64,000 bases of DNA, taken from contig JBFWOO010000004.1 of the NCBI GenBank assembly GCA_050250415.1, positions 149,766 to 213,765 on the forward strand. The letters run 5' to 3'. The translations under genes were made by a program, and so were the position numbers. Positions within the stretch are counted from its first letter, which is position 1, and every line of letters starts with the position of its first letter. Below, in pieces: positions 37,019 to 44,757 of the stretch. The notes beneath the pieces are model-generated. The model did no database searches and was not told the DNA's origin. It was given only the letters and a program-made list of their open reading frames with translations. The stretch is from Dehalococcoidia bacterium. GTDB taxonomy: Bacteria; Chloroflexota; Dehalococcoidia; UBA2979.

Positions 37019-37939
37019 ATGGCGCGACCCGTGACCATCCTCGACCTGCAGAAGATGCGGGACGAGGGTCGGCCGATCACGATGGTGACGGCCTACGACT
37101 ACCCGACCGCGAAGATGGCCGACGAGGCCGGCGTGGACCTCATCCTCGTCGGCGACACGCTCGGCATGGTGATCCTCGGCTACGACTCGACGCTGCCGGT
37201 GACCGTGGAGGACATGATCCACCACGGCCGCGCGGCGGTGCGCGGCGCTCAGCGGGCGCACGTGGTCGTGGACATGCCGTTCGGCTCCTACCAGGGCGGC
37301 TGGCGCCAGGCGATGAAGAACGCCATGCGCATCATGAAGGAGACCGGCGCCGGATCGGTGAAGCTGGAGGGCGGTCAGCGCTCGGCGGAGACCGTGCGTC
37401 ACCTCGTCGAGGCGGGCATCCCCGTCATGGGGCACATCGGCCTCACGCCGCAGTCGGTGAACCAGACCGGCGGCTTCCGCGTCCAGGGCAAGACCCCGCG
37501 GGACGCCGTGCACCTCATCAACGACGCGAAGGCGCTTGCTGACGCCGGGGCCTACGCAATCGTGCTCGAACTGGTGCCGACCGCGCTCACGCACATGATT
37601 ACCCAGCGCGTGAAGGTGCCGACGATCGGCATTGGCGCCGGGCCCTTCGCCTCCGGGCAGGTCCAGGTCTGGCACGACATCCTCGGCATGTACGACGACC
37701 TCCAGCCGAAGCACGCACGCAAGTTCGCCAACGTCGGCGAGGTGATCCGCGGCGCGCTGCGGGAGTACGTCGAACAGGTCCGCGAGGGCCAGTTCCCCAC
37801 CGCGAAGGAGTCCTTCTACATGGACGAGCGCGCGCTGGAGCTGATCCGCCGCATGACCCCGAGCGTGGACCAGGACATGAGCGAGGCGGCGCAGGTGCTC
37901 GCCGAGCTCGAGGAGTCCCCGGCCGACCGCCAGCCGTAG
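37019..37939 (+). CDS. panB: 3-methyl-2-oxobutanoate hydroxymethyltransferase
   Basis: The start was set at MARPVTILDLQKMRDEGRPITMVTAYDYPTAKMADEAGVDLILVGDTLGMV. It has the KLEGG motif and a roughly 40-aa C-terminal extension. Confidence 0.93.
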   Translation: MARPVTILDLQKMRDEGRPITMVTAYDYPTAKMADEAGVDLILVGDTLGMVILGYDSTLPVTVEDMIHHGRAAVRGAQRAHVVVDMPFGSYQGGWRQAMKNAMRIMKETGAGSVKLEGGQRSAETVRHLVEAGIPVMGHIGLTPQSVNQTGGFRVQGKTPRDAVHLINDAKALADAGAYAIVLELVPTALTHMITQRVKVPTIGIGAGPFASGQVQVWHDILGMYDDLQPKHARKFANVGEVIRGALREYVEQVREGQFPTAKESFYMDERALELIRRMTPSVDQDMSEAAQVLAELEESPADRQP

Positions 37940-38043
37940 CACGGACTGCTCGCACCGTGGGCGACGCTGCGGTCGCCCGCGGCGCGTCGTAGACTGCCGC
38001 AGACCTCCCGCTCCCGAGGGCCGCACGGCTGCCTGGAGTCCGC

Positions 38044-38889
38044 ATGCAGATCGCCCGCACGGTCGACGAATGTCGCGCGCTCCGCGCCGCGCTGCCGGGC
38101 GCGGTCGGCCTGGTGCCGACGATGGGCGCCCTTCATGACGGACATCGCTCGCTGATGCGCCGCGCGCGCGGCGAGTGCGACGCCGTCCTCGCCACGATCT
38201 TCGTGAACCCGACCCAGTTCGCGCCGGGCGAGGACTACACCGCGTACCCGCGCCGCGAGGAGGAAGACCTCGCGATCTGTGACGCGGAGGGCGTGGACCT
38301 GGTCTTCATGCCCTCCGTCGAGGACATGTATCCGAACGGCGCCACCACCACCGTCAGCGTCGGGGAACTCTCGACGATCCTCGAAGGCGCCTCCCGCCCG
38401 GGGCACTTCGACGGCGTCGCGACGGTGGTCACGAAGCTCTTCGCGATCACGCGCCCCGACCGCGGCTACTTCGGCCAGAAGGACGCGCAACAGCTGATGG
38501 TGATCCGCCGCCTCGCCCGCGACCTCCGGCTGGGCGTCGAGGTGGTCGGGTGCCCGATCGTGCGTGAGGAGGACGGCCTCGCGCTCTCCTCGCGCAACAT
38601 CTACCTGAGCGACGAGGAGCGGAAGCAGGCGCTCTCAATCTCGCGCGGCCTGCGCCGCGCCGAGGCGGGGTGGCTCGGCGGCCTGCGGGACGCCTCCGCG
38701 ATCCGGGGGATGGTGCACGAGGAGATCGCCGCGCAGCCGCTCGCGCGCATCGACTACGTCTCGCTCGCCGACCTCGAGACGCTCGCGGAGTGCGACGGGC
38801 GCGTCGGCCGGGATGCGCTGCTCTCGGTGGCGGTGAAGTTCGGGCGGGCGCGGCTCATCGACAACAGCGTGCTGCGGGTGCCTGCCTGA
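38044..38889 (+). CDS. panC: pantoate--beta-alanine ligase
   Basis: VPTMGALHDGHRSLM (HxGH) and GQKDAQQ motifs; 281 aa. Confidence 0.95.
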   Translation: MQIARTVDECRALRAALPGAVGLVPTMGALHDGHRSLMRRARGECDAVLATIFVNPTQFAPGEDYTAYPRREEEDLAICDAEGVDLVFMPSVEDMYPNGATTTVSVGELSTILEGASRPGHFDGVATVVTKLFAITRPDRGYFGQKDAQQLMVIRRLARDLRLGVEVVGCPIVREEDGLALSSRNIYLSDEERKQALSISRGLRRAEAGWLGGLRDASAIRGMVHEEIAAQPLARIDYVSLADLETLAECDGRVGRDALLSVAVKFGRARLIDNSVLRVPA

Positions 38890-38998
38890 CGCCTCCTTCC
38901 GCCGCTGGTAACATCCACGGACAGTCCATCCGCTGACCGCCTGATCAGATCGGCGGCCGGCCGAGTCTCGCCAACCGAGTTCACCCTGGGGGTTGCTG

Positions 38999-39751
38999 TT
39001 GTCCGGTCACTCCAAGTGGTCGTCGATCAAGCACAAGAAGGCCGCGACCGACGCCAAGAAGGGGCAGCTGTTCACCAAGCTCGCCCGCGACATCACCATG
39101 GCGGCGCGGCAGGGTGATCCCGACCCCAACCTGAACGCGCCCCTGCGCCTGGCCATCCAGAAGGCCAAGCAGTCCAACATGCCCAACGACAACATCGACC
39201 GCGCCATCAAGAAGGCGACGGGCGGCGGCGATGCCGACAACCTCGAGGAAGTGACCTACGAGGGGTACGGGCCGGGCGGCACGGCGGTGATCGTGCAGGC
39301 CGTCACCGACAACCGGAACCGGACCGTCGCCGAGGTGCGGCACGCGTTCTCCCGCGGCGGCGGCAACATGGCGGACTCCGGCGCCGTCTCCTGGCAGTTC
39401 GACCAGCGCGGCCTGATCACGGTGGTCACGGGCGGCCGAGACTCGGAGGAGCTCGCGCTCGTCGCGATCGAGGCGGGCGCCGTCGACGTCGACCTCTCGG
39501 GCGGCGAATCGATCGAGGTCGTCACGGAAGCGGCGGACCTGCACCGCGTCCGCGAAGCGCTGGAGGCCGAGGGCCTCAGCGTGGACGCCGCGGAGCTGGC
39601 GCCGGTGCCGAAGAACCGCGTCGCGCTGGAGGAGAAGGACGCCATCGCGGCGCTCCGCCTCTTCGAGCGGCTCGACGAGCTGGACGACGTGTCTCGCGTC
39701 TACTCGAACGCGGACTGGGACGAGGCAGTGCTCGAGGCGTACGCCGGCTAA
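38999..39751 (+). CDS. yebC: YebC/PmpR family DNA-binding transcriptional regulator
   Basis: SGHSKWSSIKHKKAATDAKKGQLFTKLARDI. The start is probably the TTG at 38999 (GGGGG SD 7 nt upstream); the track gives TTG 38993. Confidence 0.9.
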   Translation: MSGHSKWSSIKHKKAATDAKKGQLFTKLARDITMAARQGDPDPNLNAPLRLAIQKAKQSNMPNDNIDRAIKKATGGGDADNLEEVTYEGYGPGGTAVIVQAVTDNRNRTVAEVRHAFSRGGGNMADSGAVSWQFDQRGLITVVTGGRDSEELALVAIEAGAVDVDLSGGESIEVVTEAADLHRVREALEAEGLSVDAAELAPVPKNRVALEEKDAIAALRLFERLDELDDVSRVYSNADWDEAVLEAYAG

Positions 39752-39799
39752 CCCCAGCGGGCCCATGCACCTTCGCTACGGGGTGGGGCGAGGGAGACG

Positions 39800-40318
39800 A
39801 TGGACGGACGGACCACGGCGTTGCCGCGGCGCGTGCTGGGTGTCGACCCGGGCCTCACCGTGTCCGGCTACTGCATCGTCGACGCGCGCGGGAGCGGCGG
39901 GCACCTGGTGCACTGCGGCGCCCTGCGTTCGACGGCGAAGCAGCCCCGCGCGGAGCGCCTCTACCGCATCTACGGCATGGTGATGGCGCTCATCGCCGAG
40001 TACCGCCCGGTCGAGCTGGCCGTCGAGCAGCAGTTCGTCGCCGAGAACCCCCGCTCCGCCATGTCGATCGGCGAGGCCCGCGCCGCGGCGATGGTCGCCG
40101 CCGCCGCCGCTGGCATCCCCGTCTACGAGCTGACCCCGGCGGAGGTGAAGGAGTCCGTCACCGGCTGGGGCGGGGCGCCCAAGGAGCAGGTGGCGCAGAT
40201 GGTGGCGATCCACCTCGGCGTGACCGAGGTGCCGGGCCCGCTCGACGTCTCCGACGCGGCGGCGGTCGCGCTCGCGCGCCTCGCCGAGGCACGGCTCGAG
40301 GAGGCGATGGCCCGATGA
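39800..40318 (+). CDS. ruvC: crossover junction endodeoxyribonuclease RuvC
   Basis: VLGVDPGLTVSGYCIV... with catalytic acidic residues. GAGGGAG SD lies upstream. It overlaps ruvA by 4 nt. Confidence 0.92.
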   Translation: MDGRTTALPRRVLGVDPGLTVSGYCIVDARGSGGHLVHCGALRSTAKQPRAERLYRIYGMVMALIAEYRPVELAVEQQFVAENPRSAMSIGEARAAAMVAAAAAGIPVYELTPAEVKESVTGWGGAPKEQVAQMVAIHLGVTEVPGPLDVSDAAAVALARLAEARLEEAMAR

Positions 40319-40959
40319 TCGCGGCGCTGCGGGGGGACGTCACCCACTTCGACGCGGAGACCGCGACCGCCTGGGTGGACGTGCAGGGCGTTTCCTACGA
40401 GGTGCGCGTGCCCGCCTTCGCGAGCGACTGGGTGGCGACGGAGCTCGAGTCCCCCGAGCCGACGACCGTCTACACCTACTACCACGTCTCGGAGCGCAAC
40501 CCGGCGCCGCTGCTGGTCGGCTTCCAGCACCGCGCCGAGCGCGACTTCTTCCGCAAGTTCATCGAGGTGCCGGACGTCGGCCCGACCAAGGCCGTGCGCG
40601 CCCTCACGAAGCCCGTCTCCGAGATCGCCCGCTGGATCGAGGCCGGCGACGTCAAGTCGCTCCAGTTGCTGCCGGGCATCGGCGCGCGGCTCTCGCAGAC
40701 GATCGTCGCCCAGCTCGCCGGCAAGCTCACGCAGGAGGCGCTGCTCCGCGCGGGCGCCGAGGCGGCCGTCGAGCCCGCTCCGGACGCCGCGGGGATCCGC
40801 GAGGACGCGGTCGACGCGCTCGTCGCCCTCCAGTACTCGCGGCGCGACGCCGAGTATGCGGTCGAGCAGGCGGTGGCCACGGGCCGTGAGTTCGCGGCGC
40901 TGGAGGACCTCCTGCGCGCCGTGCTCGAGCAGCAGGCGCCGGCGGAGGCCGCCTCGTGA
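40315..40959 (+). CDS. ruvA: Holliday junction branch migration complex subunit RuvA
   Basis: MIAALRGDV...VDVQGVSYEVRVP, HhH motifs (GVGPTKAVRAL-like, LPGIGARLSQTIV), and a C-terminal domain III. Confidence 0.92.
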   Translation: MIAALRGDVTHFDAETATAWVDVQGVSYEVRVPAFASDWVATELESPEPTTVYTYYHVSERNPAPLLVGFQHRAERDFFRKFIEVPDVGPTKAVRALTKPVSEIARWIEAGDVKSLQLLPGIGARLSQTIVAQLAGKLTQEALLRAGAEAAVEPAPDAAGIREDAVDALVALQYSRRDAEYAVEQAVATGREFAALEDLLRAVLEQQAPAEAAS

Positions 40960-41816
40960 GCTACGTGGTGCGCGCCCAGCTCGCGCTGATCGCGGGGGCG
41001 GTGGTCTCGCTCGTCCTGCTGCTGATCGGCGTCGTCTCGGACGACACGGTCATGCACGTGCACCTCCTCGGCATCGAAGACCAGTACTGGGCGCTCGCCT
41101 TCGTCGCGCTCGCCCTCGGCCTCGGCGGCCAGCTCGTGATCAACAGCCGCGCTGCCTTTCGACGAGAGCGGAACCTGGTCCGCACCGCCGCCCAGCTCCG
41201 CGAGGTCTCCGCGGAGCTCGACCGCCTCGCGCGCACGGACGCCCTCACCGGCATCGCGAACCGGCGCGCCTACTTCGACCTCCTCGGCATCGAGTTCCGG
41301 CGGTCGCGACGCTACGGGCGCGAGCTCTCCGTCCTGATGCTCGACCTCGACCACTTCAAGGGCGTGAACGACCGCTGGGGCCACCCCTTCGGCGACCACG
41401 TGCTGCGGCAGACCGCCGCGGTGGTGACGGCGAACGTCCGCGAGTCCGACATCCTCGGGCGCTACGGCGGCGAGGAGTTCGCGCTCGCCCTGCCGGAGAC
41501 GGGCGAGGAGGCGGCGCTCGCCGTGGGGGAGAAGCTCCGCGCGGCCGTCGAGGCGCATGAGTTCCGCACGGAGACCACGCCGCCGCCGGGCGAGGCGGCG
41601 GTGCGCCTCACGATCTCCATCGGCGTTGCCTCGCTCCCGATCGAGGCGGACCAGGACGAGGTCGAGCTGATCGGGCGCGCCGACCAGGCGCTCTACGAGG
41701 CGAAGCGCACGGGGCGCAATCGTGTCATCGCGTACCGCAAGCCCGCCGGGCTCGCGCCGCCCGAAACCACCGAGATGGTGGACCCGGCCGCCGAGGCGAT
41801 CTCCGACGCGTCCTAG
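40956..41816 (+). CDS. membrane-anchored diguanylate cyclase (GGDEF domain)
   Basis: The GTG at 40956 overlaps the ruvA stop (GTGA). Two N-terminal TM helices and a coiled linker lead to [10 protein letters not shown]..., the active site GGEEF, and an RESD I-site 5 residues upstream. Confidence 0.88.
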   Translation: MSYVVRAQLALIAGAVVSLVLLLIGVVSDDTVMHVHLLGIEDQYWALAFVALALGLGGQLVINSRAAFRRERNLVRTAAQLREVSAELDRLARTDALTGIANRRAYFDLLGIEFRRSRRYGRELSVLMLDLDHFKGVNDRWGHPFGDHVLRQTAAVVTANVRESDILGRYGGEEFALALPETGEEAALAVGEKLRAAVEAHEFRTETTPPPGEAAVRLTISIGVASLPIEADQDEVELIGRADQALYEAKRTGRNRVIAYRKPAGLAPPETTEMVDPAAEAISDAS

Positions 41817-41906
41817 CGCGCGCACCCCGACAGCTAGCCACCCGTCCATCGCCCACACCCGCCACCTACACCCGTCCCCCGCCGCCGACTACCGCCCGCT
41901 GCTATC

Positions 41907-41943
41907 AGTACGTTTGTTCTGGATGCGTCGCCCGGCGTACACT
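41907..41943 (+). promoter_or_regulatory. candidate uvrB promoter overlapping a Cheo/SOS-box-like site
   Basis: AGTACGTTTGTTCT (41907-41920) resembles GAAC-N4-GTTC with one mismatch. TTGTTC (41914-41919), 18 nt spacer, TACACT (41938-41943) lies about 50 nt upstream of the uvrB GTG. Confidence 0.4.
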
Positions 41944-41991
41944 GGACGGGCGACGCCGCGCGCCCTGACCCCGCGTGGCGAGGGGGTTCCC

Positions 41992-44097
41992 GTGACCACC
42001 AGTGAGCAGCGCCCGGCCACCAGCGCCGTGCCCTTCCAGATCGTCTCCGACTTCCGCCTGCTCGGTGACCAGCCGGAGGCCGTGGAGGGCCTCGTGGACG
42101 GCCTCCAGGCCGGCCTGCGCGCGCAGACGCTCCTCGGCGCCACCGGCACCGGCAAGACCTTCGCGATGGCGAACGTGATCGAGCGCTACCAGCGGCCGAC
42201 GCTGGTGCTGGCGCCGAACCGGACGCTCGCCGCGCAGCTGGCGCAGGAGTTCCGCGAGTTCTTCCCCAACAACGCCGTGGAGTACTTCGTCTCGTACTAC
42301 GACTACTACCAGCCCGAGGCGTATATCCCGCGCTCCGACACCTACATCGCGAAGGACGCGGACATCAACGATGAGATCGACAAGATGCGCCACGCGGCGA
42401 CGCGCGCGCTCTTCGAGCGGCGGGATGTCGTGATCGTCGCCTCGGTCTCCTGCATCTACGGCCTCGGCGAGCCGGGCGAGTACGAGTCCTTCGTGGCGCG
42501 GCTGTGGCGCGGGCGGCACGTGAACCGCGGGTCGCTGGTCCGTCAGCTCGTCTCGATGCAGTACGCACGCAACGACCTCAACCTGATCCGGGGCACGTTC
42601 CGCGTCCGCGGCGACTCCCTCACGGTCTTCCCGGCGTACGAGGACCTCGCGATCCGGATCGACTTCTTCGGCGACGAGGTCGAGCGGATCCAGACGCTCG
42701 ACCCGTTGACCGGCGAGGTGCTGAGCGAGTCCGAGCAGACCGCGATCTACCCGGCCAAGCACTTCGTGACCTCCGAGGAACGCATGCAACTCGCGATCGA
42801 GTCGATTGAGACGGAGCTCGCGGGCTGCCTGAAGGAGCTGCGCGACGCCGGCAAGATCCTCGAAGCGGCGCGCCTCGAGGAGCGCACGAAGTACGACCTG
42901 GAGACGCTGCGCGAGGTCGGCTACTGCTCCGGCATCGAGAACTACTCGCGCCACCTCGCCGGCCGCGAGCCGGGGTCGACGCCGTGGACGCTGCTCGACT
43001 ACTTCCCGGACGACTGGCTGCTGTTCGTGGACGAGTCGCACATCGCGATCCCGCAGGTCCGCGGCATGTACGAGGGCGACACCGCGCGGAAGCGGACCCT
43101 CGTCGAGTACGGGTTCCGCCTCCCGAGCGCGATGGACAACCGCCCGCTGAACTTCGCGGAGTTCGAACGCCATATCAACCAGGTGGTCTTCGTCTCCGCG
43201 ACCCCGGGGCCGTACGAGGCGGAGGTCTCCGAGCGGACCGTCCAGCAGATCATCCGCCCCACCGGCATCCTCGACCCGGAGATCGACGTCCGCCCGACGA
43301 AGGGACAGATCGACGACCTCCTCGGCGAGGTACGTGAGCGCATCGAGCGCAACGAGCGGGTGCTGGTCACCACGCTCACGAAGAAGATGGCGGAGGATCT
43401 GAACGACTATCTGCAGGAGATGGGCGTGAAGTCCATGTACCTGCACTCCGAGATCGACACCCTCGAGCGGATCGACATCCTCCGCGACCTCCGCCTCGGC
43501 GTGTACGACGTCGTCGTCGGCATCAACCTGCTCCGCGAAGGTCTCGACCTCCCGGAGGTCTCGCTCGTCTGCATCCTCGACGCGGACAAGGAGGGCTACC
43601 TCCGGTCGGGCGGCTCGCTCGTGCAGACGATCGGGCGCGCGGCGCGCCACCCGGAGGGGCGCGTGATCATGTACGCCGACCGCGTCACCGACTCGATGCG
43701 CTTCGCGCTCGATGAGACCTACCGGCGCCGCGAGGTGCAGGCGGCGTACAACGCCGAGCACGGGATCACCCCGGAGGGGATCAAGAAGACGATCCGCGAC
43801 ATCGGCGACCGGCTGCGCCAGGTGGCCGAGGACTCGCCCGAGTACGCCGTCGATGCGCGCGAGCTGCCGAAGGAAGAGCTGGCGCGGATGATCGTTGAGC
43901 TGGAGAAGCAGATGAAGACCGCGGCGAAGGAGCTCGACTTCGAGCGCGCGGCGCTTCTCCGCGACCAGGTCGTCGAGCTGCGGCGCGAGCAGGTGGGCGA
44001 TGGGATGCCGGAGTCGCTGCGGTCGCTCTCGCAGCAGTCGCGACGGCCGGACAAGCGAAAGATGCGCGGCGGCCGCACGCGCCGCGGCCACAACTAG
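41992..44097 (+). CDS. uvrB: excinuclease ABC subunit B
   Basis: The start was set at GTG 41992, with GAGGGGG upstream. Motifs: [19 protein letters not shown] box, helicase motifs, and the C-terminal UVR domain ([18 protein letters not shown]). Confidence 0.95.
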   Translation: MTTSEQRPATSAVPFQIVSDFRLLGDQPEAVEGLVDGLQAGLRAQTLLGATGTGKTFAMANVIERYQRPTLVLAPNRTLAAQLAQEFREFFPNNAVEYFVSYYDYYQPEAYIPRSDTYIAKDADINDEIDKMRHAATRALFERRDVVIVASVSCIYGLGEPGEYESFVARLWRGRHVNRGSLVRQLVSMQYARNDLNLIRGTFRVRGDSLTVFPAYEDLAIRIDFFGDEVERIQTLDPLTGEVLSESEQTAIYPAKHFVTSEERMQLAIESIETELAGCLKELRDAGKILEAARLEERTKYDLETLREVGYCSGIENYSRHLAGREPGSTPWTLLDYFPDDWLLFVDESHIAIPQVRGMYEGDTARKRTLVEYGFRLPSAMDNRPLNFAEFERHINQVVFVSATPGPYEAEVSERTVQQIIRPTGILDPEIDVRPTKGQIDDLLGEVRERIERNERVLVTTLTKKMAEDLNDYLQEMGVKSMYLHSEIDTLERIDILRDLRLGVYDVVVGINLLREGLDLPEVSLVCILDADKEGYLRSGGSLVQTIGRAARHPEGRVIMYADRVTDSMRFALDETYRRREVQAAYNAEHGITPEGIKKTIRDIGDRLRQVAEDSPEYAVDARELPKEELARMIVELEKQMKTAAKELDFERAALLRDQVVELRREQVGDGMPESLRSLSQQSRRPDKRKMRGGRTRRGHN

Positions 44098-44133
44098 CGG
44101 CCGGGCGGGCCGGCCAGGCCGGGTCAGAAGCAG

Positions 44134-44165
44134 GACGCCCCCTGACCTCACGGCCAGGGGGCGTC
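44134..44165 (+). terminator. terminator-like hairpin after uvrB
   Basis: GACGCCCCCTG-ACCTCACGGC-CAGGGGGCGTC, an 11-bp stem 36 nt after the uvrB stop. The U-tract is poor. Confidence 0.45.
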
Positions 44166-44757
44166 GAGTCGTTCCGGGCGTCTGCCGCGGCGCCGCGTAC
44201 CACCGTGAAGACGGTGGGCTCTGACTTCAGCGGCCGGAGTGCGGTCGGCGGGCACTCTCACGTCACATCGAGACCAGCGCGTATCCTCGATGGAGAGACG
44301 GCCACTGTCGTTCGGGGAGTCGCAGCATTAGCAGCTCGCGGCCCGGGACGACCGTGATGCCGGTGATTCGTCTTGCTTCAACGGCGGAGTCCTCCCTTCC
44401 CGGCAACCCGTCCGGTTGATCGGTCTGCGACCAGTGTGCGCGCAGAGGGCAACCCGGCAGCGAGCCGCTCTCGCCCCGTCTTCGCCTCCCGCCACGCCCC
44501 CGCTGCGATCCCCGCGCCCGCCGTCACCGGCGCTCGCGGATGTGCTCGTCCTCACGAGCACGCACGAAACCCCTCCGGTGGCCGGGCCGCGCGACGCGGT
44601 CGCCTTGAGGCGGGGGGTGAGGCGACCGTAGACTGGTCGGGCCGAGGCCCGCGGGCCGGCGCGTCCCCCATGACCGGCAGGCCGGGGAGCGCCGCGACCG
44701 TCGTGCCATCCACCGCGACTCCCCGCGAGAGGGCTCACCCGCCCTGGCGACCGACTA

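Noticed and set aside
41905-44151. 748-aa minus-strand ORF antisense to uvrB
   Set aside because: The same high-GC shadow-ORF artefact; uvrB on the + strand carries all the diagnostic motifs.
44166-44757. Attempted assignment of the uvrB-mutS spacer to RNase P RNA, tmRNA, SRP RNA, 6S RNA or a cobalamin riboswitch
   Set aside because: I could not find the diagnostic cores on either strand (GAGGAAAGUCCGGGC and ACAGAACCCGGCUUA for RNase P, a tRNA-like GGUUCGA...CCA end for tmRNA, GGAAGCAGCC for SRP). Only an isolated GCCACTG resembling a B12 box was seen, without the AGGGAA / GGUGAAA context, and the downstream gene is not B12-related. The interval is left as unassigned.
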